In this document: positions 27,154 to 35,851 of the stretch, in pieces | How positions within the stretch are numbered: the stretch's first letter is position 1 | Layout: every line of letters starts with the position of its first letter | DNA from: Candidatus Sumerlaeia bacterium | GTDB lineage: Bacteria; Sumerlaeota; Sumerlaeia; SLMS01; JANRJK01 | Direction: 5' to 3' | Length of the DNA: 64,000 bases | Assembly: GCA_033764015.1 (NCBI GenBank) | Contig: JANRJK010000036.1 | Location: forward strand, 32,001 to 96,000 | The notes under the pieces: generated by a model | What the model was told of the DNA's origin: nothing | The model's database searches: none | What the model saw: only the letters and a program-made list of their open reading frames with translations | Position numbers and translations under genes: made by a program

Positions 27154-28665
27154 CTAGTCCGACACCTCGTTCATCATGTACGACACCGTGTCCGTGTAGC
27201 GGATGCGCGCGTCCACGACGTGTTTGGTGAGCAGAAAGTTCTGGTGCAGGCCGTCGAGGATGAACTCCATGGCGAAGAGCAGGTCGATGTCGTCCTTGGG
27301 TTGGGCGAGGTCGCGGGCGGTTTTCTCGAGACCGCCGATGGAGCGCAGCGTGCGCCCGTACTCTTCGAAGGACATTTGGCTGGCGAGTTCGACATGCTTG
27401 CCGCCCTCGAACCAGTCGATGATGGGCTGGAAGCGCGAGAAGTCGCCGTCCGCGCCCTTCTTGCCGCGGCGCCCGGTGGGCTCGGACATGGGGCCCGCGT
27501 AGCGCTTGTTGAACGCCTCCTTCACCGCGCGTCCCACGAGGTGGAACGCCACGTTGGTGATGCCTTCCTGCTCGCCCTTGTAGACCAGTTCGATCTTGCC
27601 GGTGAGCGCGGTGATCGACTCGTAGAGGTCGGAGATGCGGCCGGTGACGACCGCTTCGCCGTGGCGGTGGGCGCGGGCTTCGGCGACGGAATGCAGCGTC
27701 TCGACGTAGGAGATGCTGACGCGCGCGGAGACGCCGGAGTTGCGGTCCACGTAGTCGGACTTGCGCGCCTCGACGACCACCTGCTCGACGAGTTCGTGCA
27801 GCAGGGGGTGGATGCGGTCGGGCAGGCCGCGCTCGGTCCATGCTTCCTGGGCGGTGATGGCGAGCGCGTCCTCGAGCTTCTCCGGATAGTGCGTGAGGAT
27901 CTGCGCGTTGATGCGGTCCTTCAGCGGCGTGATGATGTTGCCGCGGTTCGTGTAGTCCTCCGGGTTGGCGGTGAAGACTAGGGCCACATCGAGCGGCAGG
28001 CGGACCGGGAAGCCGCGGATCTGGATGTCCTTCTCCTCCATGATGTTGAGGAGGCCCACTTGGATGCGCGCCTGGAGGTCGGGCAGCTCGTTGATGGCGA
28101 AAATGCCGCGGTTCGAGCGCGGCACGAGGCCGAAGTGGATCACGTCCTCGTCGCTGAAATCGAGCTTCCGGGCGACCGCCTTGATCGGGTCGATGTCGCC
28201 GATCAGGTCGGCGATGGAGACGTCGGGCGTGGCGAGCTTCTCCTGGTAGCGGCGCGAGCGGTGCACCCAGTCCACCGGGGCGTCGGCGCCCATCTGGCGG
28301 AGGAGCTCGCGGCTTTGCTTGGTGAGCGGCGCGTAGGGGGACTCGTTGATCGGCGAGTCCTTGATGACGGGCATCCACTCGTCGAGCAGGTGGACGAGCT
28401 GGCGGATGAGGCGCGTCTTGGCCTGGCCGCGCAGGCCGAGCAGGAGGAAGTCGTGCTTGGAGAGGATCGCGGCGGTGATCTGCGGCACGACGGTCTTGTC
28501 GTAGCCGATGATGCCGGGGAAGATCGTCTCGCCGGCGCGGAGCTTGGCGATGAGGTTCTTGCGGAGCTCGTCCTTCACCGCGGGCACGGGCCAGTTGGCC
28601 GCCTTGAGCGCTCCGAGGGTCTTGGGAAGGTGGTCGGGGACCTTGTGTTCGGTGGGGGCGGACAT
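27154..28665 (-). CDS. Magnesium chelatase-like AAA+ ATPase
   Basis: LGLRGQAKTR (Walker A variant), EKLATPD, GIFAINELPDLQARIQVGL, FTANPEDYTNRG, PLKDRI. Confidence 0.88.
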   Translation of the reverse strand: MSAPTEHKVPDHLPKTLGALKAANWPVPAVKDELRKNLIAKLRAGETIFPGIIGYDKTVVPQITAAILSKHDFLLLGLRGQAKTRLIRQLVHLLDEWMPVIKDSPINESPYAPLTKQSRELLRQMGADAPVDWVHRSRRYQEKLATPDVSIADLIGDIDPIKAVARKLDFSDEDVIHFGLVPRSNRGIFAINELPDLQARIQVGLLNIMEEKDIQIRGFPVRLPLDVALVFTANPEDYTNRGNIITPLKDRINAQILTHYPEKLEDALAITAQEAWTERGLPDRIHPLLHELVEQVVVEARKSDYVDRNSGVSARVSISYVETLHSVAEARAHRHGEAVVTGRISDLYESITALTGKIELVYKGEQEGITNVAFHLVGRAVKEAFNKRYAGPMSEPTGRRGKKGADGDFSRFQPIIDWFEGGKHVELASQMSFEEYGRTLRSIGGLEKTARDLAQPKDDIDLLFAMEFILDGLHQNFLLTKHVVDARIRYTDTVSYMMNEVSD

Positions 28666-28880
28666 GGTCGCTGTGCTGCTCCGTCGCGTTGGGGAGGGTT
28701 GCCGTGATTGAGGGTGCTTGGGGGTTGGTGGGGCCGCAAGTTTGAACGGAGCGAAACGCGGGCCGGGCGCGGGCACGCAACTTGTTCCCATGGTCCCGAG
28801 GCGGGCGCGATCCGTCTTTCCCTTGTGAACGAACGCACAAGGGGACAAAGTGCCCACTCCCTCCGCGGGACTTCCGAGCC

Positions 28881-29882
28881 ATGACCAGCGCCACGACCAC
28901 TCAAGCCCCCCAGAAGGATCCGGTCTCCGCCTATCTTGGCGAGGACCTCGATCTGGTGCGCCAGTGGATGGACCGCATCTACCAGCCGGAAGGCCGGCTG
29001 ATGACCGATGTGGCGCGCTACATCTACGAGCTGAAGGGCAAGCTGCTGCGGCCGAAGATGGTGTGCTTGGCGGCGCGCGCCTACGGGCACGACCCGGACA
29101 ACAAGCGCTACACGCGCATCGCCGCCGCGATGGAGATCTTCCACGTCGCGACGCTGCTGCACGACGACGTGATCGACCACGCGGACGCGCGGCGCGGACG
29201 CGAGACGGTGAACCACAAGTGGGGCGCCGACGTCGCGATCCTCTTCGCGGACTACCTCTACGCGAGTTGCTTCGACCTGGCGCTGAGCGGCCTCGACGAG
29301 CGCCCGGACGCGCTCCGCATCCTCACGCGCACCACGCAGAAGATGGCGGAGGGCGAGATCTTCCAGATCGAGAAGCGCGGCTGCTGGCTGACGCTGGAAG
29401 AGTACATGAAGATCATCCGTCTCAAGACCGGCTGCCTGTTCGGCGCCTGCGCGAGCCTTGGGACGCTGGTCGCCGGCCAGGACACGGAGCGTGTGCTCCG
29501 CATGGCGGACTACGGGATGGCGTTCGGCGTCGCGTTCCAGATGACGGACGACGCGCTGGACTACGACGCGGACCCCGCGAACTGGGGCAAGCCGGTGGGC
29601 GGCGACGTGGCGGAGGGGAAGCAGACCTATCCGCTGCTCCACGCCTACGAGTTGGCCGGCGAGGACGAGCGGCGCCGCATCGCCGAGGTGATGTCGAACG
29701 GGCGCGACTTCGCCACGGTGCACGGCTTCGTCGCGCGGCACGACGGCGTTCGCGCCTCCTTCGAGAAGGCCGAGGAGCACATCGCGGAAGCGCTCGCGGT
29801 GCTCGACGAGGCGACCATCGACCACGAGGCGATGACCCTGCTGAAGGGCCTGACACGCGGGATCGCGAAGAGGCGCTTTTAG
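28881..29882 (+). CDS. Polyprenyl diphosphate synthase
   Basis: GKLLRP, FARM LHDDVID...RRG, KTGCLF, SARM FQMTDDALD, GKP..GD..EGKQT. Confidence 0.93.
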   Translation: MTSATTTQAPQKDPVSAYLGEDLDLVRQWMDRIYQPEGRLMTDVARYIYELKGKLLRPKMVCLAARAYGHDPDNKRYTRIAAAMEIFHVATLLHDDVIDHADARRGRETVNHKWGADVAILFADYLYASCFDLALSGLDERPDALRILTRTTQKMAEGEIFQIEKRGCWLTLEEYMKIIRLKTGCLFGACASLGTLVAGQDTERVLRMADYGMAFGVAFQMTDDALDYDADPANWGKPVGGDVAEGKQTYPLLHAYELAGEDERRRIAEVMSNGRDFATVHGFVARHDGVRASFEKAEEHIAEALAVLDEATIDHEAMTLLKGLTRGIAKRRF

Positions 29883-29908
29883 GCGGCGTTTTTTTTCGCG
29901 GAAAAGCC

Positions 29909-29937
29909 TTGACCGCGGAGGGGCCTTTCGAGATGCT
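29909..29937 (+). promoter_or_regulatory. Putative sigma70 promoter of tRNA-Gly
   Basis: TTGACC-17 nt-GATGCT, ending 12 nt upstream of the tRNA. Confidence 0.45.
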
Positions 29938-29949
29938 CATCAGCTCAGG

Positions 29950-30026
29950 GCGGGACTAGCTCAGTTGGCTAGAGCGATACCTTGCCAAGGTATAGGTCGC
30001 GGGTTCGAGCCCCGTGTCCCGCTCCA
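29950..30026 (+). tRNA. tRNA-Gly (GCC)
   Basis: Cloverleaf GCGGGAC...GTCCCGC-T-CCA; anticodon stem ATACC/GGTAT with loop TTGCCAA; GGTTCGAG T-loop. Confidence 0.97.
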
Positions 30027-30044
30027 CAAACTTCCCTGCGGATA

Positions 30045-30083
30045 CCGGCCCCGGTGGCGATGCCACCGGGGCCGGTTCCTTTG
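30045..30083 (+). terminator. Hairpin terminator after tRNA-Gly
   Basis: CCGGCCCCGGTGGC-GAT-GCCACCGGGGCCGG followed by TTCCTTTG. Confidence 0.7.
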
Positions 30084-32015
30084 TCAGGCCGAGCCGCGGC
30101 GGAGCAGGCGGAGGCTGTTGAGCACAACGACCACGGTGCTGCCTTCGTGGCCCACCACGGCGAGCGGCAACGGCAGCAATCCCGTGAGCGAGACGAGCGC
30201 GAGCACCGCCATGACGGCGCCGCTGATCCCGAGGTTCTGGGCGATAATGCGGCGCGCGCGGCGGCTGAGCTCGATCGCCTCGCCCAGCTTCGCCAGCCGG
30301 TCGCCCACGAGGATCACGTCGCCCTGCGCGAGGGCGGCGTCGCTCCCCCGCCCCCCCATGACGATGGCGAGGTCCGCGGCGGCGAGCGCGGCGGCGTCGT
30401 TCACACCGTCGCCGACCATCGCGGTCGGTCCCTCGGCGCGGCTGGTCTTGACGAATTCGAGCTTCTCCTCGGGGCGGGCCTTGGCGATGTGGGCGTCCAT
30501 TTCGAGTTCGCGCGCCACCTGCGCGACGGGTCCCGGCCGGTCGCCGGAGAGTAGCGTCCGGCGGACGCGGAGCGTGCGCAGCCTGGCGAGGAGCGCGGCG
30601 GCGTCGGGGCGGAGCTGGTCTTCGAGGACGAACTCGGCGCTCTGGCGCCCGCGTCCGGAGAATACGCGCACTACACCCGCGGCGTCCTCGGCGAGCTCCC
30701 AGGTGGCGGGGAAGACGCCGCCGAGGCGCTCGCGCACGAAGGAGGGCCGGCCCACGGCGACGGTGCCGAGGGAGGTCTCCGCTTCGACGCCTTCGCCGGG
30801 GTAGGCGAGGAACTTCGCCGGCGGCGCGGGGTCGATGCCCTCCTCGCGGGCGGCGCGCACGATGGACCGTGCGACGGGGTGCTCGCTTCGGAGCTCCGCC
30901 TCGGCGGCGGCGCGGAGCGCTTCGTCGCGCGTCCAGGCGCCGCCGAGCACCACCTCGCGCAGATGCAGCTCGCCCGTGGTGAGGGTGCCGGTCTTGTCGA
31001 AGATGAAATGCCGGATGCCCGCCAGGTTCTCCACCGCGCCACCGTGGCGGAACAGGATGCCACGGCGCGCGCCGGCGGCGATCGCGGTGAGGATCGCAGA
31101 CGGAATCGATAGCACCAGCGCGCACGGCGAGGCGACCACGAGCAGCGTCATCATGCGGTACAGCGCCTCGGCGCCCGGAATCCCCCAGAGCCAGAGCCCG
31201 CCGCCGTAGAGCGCAGACGCACCGAGGATCGCGTAGGTGTACGGCGTGCCGAATCGGTCGGTGAAGCTCTCCGACGGCGCCTTCTCGGCGCGGGCGCGGA
31301 GGACAAGCTGCACCATGCGCTGGAGCGTGGACTCGCTCGCGGGACGGAGGACTTCCGCGTCCACGCCGCCATCGACGAGGAGCGATCCGGCGGACAGCTC
31401 GGACCCGAGCGAGCGGGTGGCGGGCGTGGACTCGCCGGTGAGCATCGACTCGTCCACGGAGGTTGCTCCGTGGAGCACGCGGCAGTCGGCGGGGACCCGT
31501 TCGCCCGGGCGGAGGCGCACGACGTTGCCGGCGGCGAGGCTGTCGGCGGGGGCGCGGCGCTCGCGGCCGTCGGGGTCGAGAACGACGGCCTCCTTCGGCG
31601 CGTCCTTCAGGAGCGCGGTGATCGCGCTCTCCGTCCGCGCTTCCGCGAAGCTTTCAAGGCTGCCGGAGAAGCTGAAGAGGAAGAGGAGGATGGCGCCCTC
31701 CGCGTAGTAGCCGAGCGCCGCCGCCCCGAGGGCGACCACGAGCATCAGGAAGTCGATATCGAGGATGCCGCGCAGGAGCTTGGGCACCAGTTCCCGGGCC
31801 GCGTCCCACGCGCCGGCGGCGTAGCAAACCGCCCAAAGCGCCAGGACTGCGGCGGGCGGGGCCCCAAGCTGGTGGGCGATCGCCGCCGCGATGCCCGCGG
31901 CGCCGCAGAGCAGGGCGACGGCGAGCTCGCGCCGCCAGGCGGGCGACTCCGCCTCCGTCCCCGACCCGGGCTGGTCGCCGGGGTCTCCCACAATTGCCGC
32001 CGCGCTCGCGTCCAT
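30084..32015 (-). CDS. Heavy-metal translocating P1B-type ATPase (SPC/HEG motifs, P1B-4-like; Co/Zn/Cd)
   Basis: LTGES, VVASPCAL, FDKTGTLT, SEHP, VGDGVNDA, HEGST; no N-terminal CxxC domain. Confidence 0.93.
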   Translation of the reverse strand: MDASAAAIVGDPGDQPGSGTEAESPAWRRELAVALLCGAAGIAAAIAHQLGAPPAAVLALWAVCYAAGAWDAARELVPKLLRGILDIDFLMLVVALGAAALGYYAEGAILLFLFSFSGSLESFAEARTESAITALLKDAPKEAVVLDPDGRERRAPADSLAAGNVVRLRPGERVPADCRVLHGATSVDESMLTGESTPATRSLGSELSAGSLLVDGGVDAEVLRPASESTLQRMVQLVLRARAEKAPSESFTDRFGTPYTYAILGASALYGGGLWLWGIPGAEALYRMMTLLVVASPCALVLSIPSAILTAIAAGARRGILFRHGGAVENLAGIRHFIFDKTGTLTTGELHLREVVLGGAWTRDEALRAAAEAELRSEHPVARSIVRAAREEGIDPAPPAKFLAYPGEGVEAETSLGTVAVGRPSFVRERLGGVFPATWELAEDAAGVVRVFSGRGRQSAEFVLEDQLRPDAAALLARLRTLRVRRTLLSGDRPGPVAQVARELEMDAHIAKARPEEKLEFVKTSRAEGPTAMVGDGVNDAAALAAADLAIVMGGRGSDAALAQGDVILVGDRLAKLGEAIELSRRARRIIAQNLGISGAVMAVLALVSLTGLLPLPLAVVGHEGSTVVVVLNSLRLLRRGSA

Positions 32016-32220
32016 GTAGAGCCTCCGCGGGTGGAATCCCGCCAAGACGATAATCGCGACACACGCCCTGCAAGTAAAACGAAATGCTGTTGGACCTGCC
32101 GAAGCATCTGTGGCACACGCATCACCTGCTTGTGGAAGGGCGCGCACCAACCCGCGCGCCGTTCGTCGAGTCGGCTTGTGCGTGGGCGGAATCGCCCGGA
32201 GACTTCCTGCGGTGGAGCGG

Positions 32221-32610
32221 ATGAAGAGACGCGGTGTCCTTGCGGTGGTCCTGGCGCTCGCCGTCGTTGCGGCGGCGGGAGTCGCGCTGCGCGTAACGGG
32301 CTCGCGGCGGACGCCCGATGCGCCGCTGGTGCTTCCCTCCGAGCCTGCGGCCGCGAAGGGCCGCAAGCTGGACCGCGGGCCCTCGGAGGCGGAGCGAATC
32401 CGCGCGGCGGAACGCAGCGCGCGGAACTTGGCGAACGAACCGTACCGCGCGCCGTTCGGACTGGACGCCGCCGACCCGGAGGGCGCGGCGAGGCTGCGAC
32501 ACGCGGCTTTGGAGGCGGCGCGCGAGGCGCACCGGGGACCAGCCGGCGGAGAATTGGCGGCGAATCCGGCGCTCAAGCCCTACCAGATGCCTCGCGAGGC
32601 GAAGCAATGA
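32221..32610 (+). CDS. Small membrane-anchored/secreted hypothetical protein
   Basis: GGAG SD, N-terminal hydrophobic segment, stop overlaps the next ATG. Confidence 0.6.
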   Translation: MKRRGVLAVVLALAVVAAAGVALRVTGSRRTPDAPLVLPSEPAAAKGRKLDRGPSEAERIRAAERSARNLANEPYRAPFGLDAADPEGAARLRHAALEAAREAHRGPAGGELAANPALKPYQMPREAKQ

Positions 32611-33305
32611 GGGCCCGCCGCTCCACCACCGCGCTCGCCGCCGCGCTCGCGCTGGGCGCCGCGCTGTCCCTGTCCGGCCAGGACGGCGCGCGCGACGACC
32701 GGGTGCGGATCGAAGACCTCCGCATCACCAACACCCGCGGCACGGTGCGCATGCAGGACATGAAGGCGGAGAGCCTCGAAGTCGGCACGGACGCGCGCAT
32801 CGCCGAAGCGCGAGAAGTCGAAGCGTTGGTGGCGTCGCGCGACGATTCCGCGGCCGGACCGATGCGTTGCACGGCGCCGGAGGCGACAATCTTCCTGCAG
32901 GCTGGCGCCGAAGCCCCGCCCCCCACGCCGAAAGGAGCCCCCGATCCCGCGCCTTCGCAGGCGGATGCCGCGATGCTCGATTCCGTCGAGCGGATGCCCG
33001 CGGCCCGCCGCAGCGCCGGGGACTTCGTGCTGCGCGCCGATGGCGTGCGACGTGTCGAGTTGGAGGCGGAGGGCCGCGGACGAGTCGTGGCGGAGCGCCT
33101 CTTCTGGTCGGAGGAGCATCGGCACCTGGTCGGGGCGGGCGCCTTCGAACAACGCATTTCGACGCCGGAGGGCGGACTCATCACCGTCACCGGCGATTCC
33201 TTCGCGATCGACGCGAAGCTGAGCTCATGGTCCTACCACACCAAGGGTGGCACCCCGATCACCCTCACCGTCACCCCGCCGGGAACCGAAGGCACCGCCC
33301 CATGA
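32607..33305 (+). CDS. LptC-like beta-jellyroll protein
   Basis: Signal/anchor; AERLFWS...LVG, ITVTGDSFAIDAKL resemble the LptC C-terminus; coupled to an LptA-like gene. Confidence 0.5.
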   Translation: MRARRSTTALAAALALGAALSLSGQDGARDDRVRIEDLRITNTRGTVRMQDMKAESLEVGTDARIAEAREVEALVASRDDSAAGPMRCTAPEATIFLQAGAEAPPPTPKGAPDPAPSQADAAMLDSVERMPAARRSAGDFVLRADGVRRVELEAEGRGRVVAERLFWSEEHRHLVGAGAFEQRISTPEGGLITVTGDSFAIDAKLSSWSYHTKGGTPITLTVTPPGTEGTAP

Positions 33306-34426
33306 AGACACCGCGCCGCTGGACAGCCATTCCACTCGCCGCCGCCGCCGCGCTCGCGCTGTCGGCCTCGGCCGCCCTTGCGCAAGGCGCCGCGCAGGGC
33401 AACTTCCTCGAGGCGCTCGCGGGCCCCGACGGCAACGTGAGCTTCGTCGCCAACCGCACGCCCGACGGCAAGGCGGGGGCGGTCCGCATGAAGACGAAGG
33501 AGGACGGCGCCTTCGAGCGCATGGAGGCGGAGGGCGCCCTCGAGCTGAAGACTCCCCAGTTCGCGCTCCTGTGCCGCAACTTGGTGTTCGATGGCGCGGC
33601 GAACCGGCTGGAGGCCTGGGGCGACGTGCGCATCGACCAGCAGGGCCTCCGCGCCACCTGCGGACGCATGGTGTACGACGTCGCCACCAAGGAGATCCTC
33701 CTCAGCGAAACGCCCCGCGTGGAGCAGGATTCGGAAGGCAGCAAGCTGGTCTTCGAGGGCATGGACCGCTTCCGCATCGTGACGCGCGAGGACGGCTCGA
33801 ACGAGGTCCAGATCGACGGCGGCGCGGAGCAGATCCGGATCGAGTTCAACCAGACCGGCAGCGGCGGCTCCGCCACCGGCGGCGCGGCGGGGCTCGGCGC
33901 CATGGGCGACACGGTCCGCATCGCCGTCTCCCCGCGCGGCGACACGCCCGGCAAGGTGCTCACCACGGTTCGGCAGAGCCAGCTCCACACCTTCAACGCG
34001 CTCGGGTCGGTCCGAGTGCAGACGGACACCTTCGACCTGCGCTCGGACCAGCTCGCGTTCGACAACTCCCGGCAGCGGCTCGAAGCGCTCTCGAACGTCT
34101 TCCTCAAGCAGGAGGACATCGACGCGGACTGCTCGCGCATGGAGTACGCGCTCGACACGGATGTGATCACGCTGACCGGCAACCCGGTGGTGCGGAAGAG
34201 CTCGCCGGAGGGGCGCACGCTGATCCGCCAGCTCGAGCGCTTCGTGATCCGCCGCAACCCCAACGGCACGGTGACGACCGACATGGCGGCGCCGCCGGGG
34301 CTTTCGCCCGACATCAACTTCCAGCAGCCCGCCGATGGCCCCGTGCGGAACGGCGACGCGCCGACGACGGCGCCGCTCGAGATCCGGCTCGACGATCCCT
34401 CCGCGGTCGACGCGATCCCCGGGTGA
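33302..34426 (+). CDS. LptA/OstA-family protein with two jellyroll repeats
   Basis: Two copies of LEAxG(D/N)V..xQ..xA.C.RM.Y......I.L...P.V. Confidence 0.75.
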   Translation: MKTPRRWTAIPLAAAAALALSASAALAQGAAQGNFLEALAGPDGNVSFVANRTPDGKAGAVRMKTKEDGAFERMEAEGALELKTPQFALLCRNLVFDGAANRLEAWGDVRIDQQGLRATCGRMVYDVATKEILLSETPRVEQDSEGSKLVFEGMDRFRIVTREDGSNEVQIDGGAEQIRIEFNQTGSGGSATGGAAGLGAMGDTVRIAVSPRGDTPGKVLTTVRQSQLHTFNALGSVRVQTDTFDLRSDQLAFDNSRQRLEALSNVFLKQEDIDADCSRMEYALDTDVITLTGNPVVRKSSPEGRTLIRQLERFVIRRNPNGTVTTDMAAPPGLSPDINFQQPADGPVRNGDAPTTAPLEIRLDDPSAVDAIPG

Positions 34427-34429
34427 GGC

Positions 34430-35101
34430 TTACGGAGTCGCCCGCGAGGTGAACTCGTAGGGGCGCACGGCGGCGCCCCAGACCTGGATGTCCATCGCGT
34501 CGAAACCGCGGTCCCAGCTCGTGAAGCCGTTCGCGGTGACGGTGACCTCGCTGGTGGCGTAGCTGGCGCCCGCCAGCTCGCTCGGGCAGTTCTTCTCGCG
34601 CGTGCCCCCGACGAAGGCGGAGCCGTTCCAGCGCAGGTACACCTCGCAGCCTTCCTTCTTGTCGAGCTGGTCCGGCGTCAACTGCGCGAGCAGCGACGGA
34701 TCGAGGTGCGCGTTGCGGTAGAGCGCGGCGTCCTCCAACTCCCACACCTCGGAGACGAACTCGCGGCGGCTCGTCTGGTAGACGAAGTAGACGCGCTGGC
34801 GGTAGGGGCGCGCGGGTGTGGCGGCGGATGCCTGCTCGATGTAGAGCGCCCGGCGCTTGCCGTCCACGGAGTCGAGCCGGGGCACCCGGCGGAGCGACAC
34901 CTGGATGGCGAAGTGCTCCTCGATCGCCTGCTTCGCCGGATCGGCGACCGAGGGCTTGTTGTCGAAGTCGCCCTCCATCCATTCCATCAGCGTGTCGAGG
35001 TCGCCCCCGGGGCCGGAGGACTTGGCGACGCCGGCGCAACCGGTGAGGGAGAGCGCCGAGGCGCACAGGATCGCTGCTGCAGTCGTGGTGCGGTGGATCA
35101 T
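34430..35101 (-). CDS. CpcT/CpeT chromophore-lyase-family lipoprotein
   Basis: Lipobox LTGC; WMEGDFDN, LYIEQA...RPYRQRVY, GCEVYL, CPSEL.GASYATSEV, SWDRGFD....VWG..PYEF. Confidence 0.85.
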   Translation of the reverse strand: MIHRTTTAAAILCASALSLTGCAGVAKSSGPGGDLDTLMEWMEGDFDNKPSVADPAKQAIEEHFAIQVSLRRVPRLDSVDGKRRALYIEQASAATPARPYRQRVYFVYQTSRREFVSEVWELEDAALYRNAHLDPSLLAQLTPDQLDKKEGCEVYLRWNGSAFVGGTREKNCPSELAGASYATSEVTVTANGFTSWDRGFDAMDIQVWGAAVRPYEFTSRATP

Positions 35102-35826
35102 TCCTGGTTTCCTCGCTTGGTGGTATCGGCGCCGCCGCCGAGCGTGCTCTCGCGGATGATGTGGAGGTTCTGCATCAGGTACCGGCCACCGCTGGCCACG
35201 GTCAGGAAGAGGGCGACCAGCAGCAGCACATGCAAGATGATGTCGTATATCCTGTCCGCGGCGAAGCGGGTGACAAGGGGATCATCCCAGACCCCCGCGG
35301 CGCGGAGGTAATCGCGGATCGCCAGGAAGCCGATGGTGGTCAGGATCGTGGCGAGTTGCCAGCCGGTCTTGTGCTTGCCGAGGCGGTCCGCCGCCATGAC
35401 CTGTCCGCTGGCGGCCGCGAGGCTGCGCAGTCCGCTCACGAGGAACTCGCGGCAGAGGATGATGATCACGAGCCAACTGGGGAAGATGCCGAGTTCGACG
35501 AACGCGACGAAGGCGGCGGTGACGAAGAGCTTGTCCGCGAGCGGATCCATCAGCTTGCCGAAGTTGCTCTGCAGGCCGTGCTTGCGCGCGAGGTGCCCGT
35601 CGAGCCAGTCGCTCACCGCCGCGGCCACCGCGATCGCGAACGCCGCGGTCCGGAAGAGCGCCGCGGTGAGGGGATTCGCCTCCGACTGGGCGAATCCGAA
35701 GCTGCGCGCGATGAACCCGTCGTAAGCGATCGCTCCCGGCGCGAGCAGGAAAAGCAGCATCGCGGGGATCGCGACGACGATGCGCGCGAGCGTCAGGCGG
35801 TTGGGCAGGCTCGGGTCGATGGCGAT
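35098..35826 (-). CDS. pgsA: CDP-diacylglycerol--glycerol-3-phosphate 3-phosphatidyltransferase (probable ATC start)
   Basis: LPNRLTLAR, SDWLDGHLAR...SNFGKLMDPLADK, REFLVSGLR, GKHKT..Q. First in-frame ATG (35760) lies downstream of the LPN motif. Confidence 0.9.
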   Translation of the reverse strand: MAIDPSLPNRLTLARIVVAIPAMLLFLLAPGAIAYDGFIARSFGFAQSEANPLTAALFRTAAFAIAVAAAVSDWLDGHLARKHGLQSNFGKLMDPLADKLFVTAAFVAFVELGIFPSWLVIIILCREFLVSGLRSLAAASGQVMAADRLGKHKTGWQLATILTTIGFLAIRDYLRAAGVWDDPLVTRFAADRIYDIILHVLLLVALFLTVASGGRYLMQNLHIIRESTLGGGADTTKRGNQE

Positions 35827-35851
35827 GGGCGGAGTCCTCCGGGCGCGTGCC

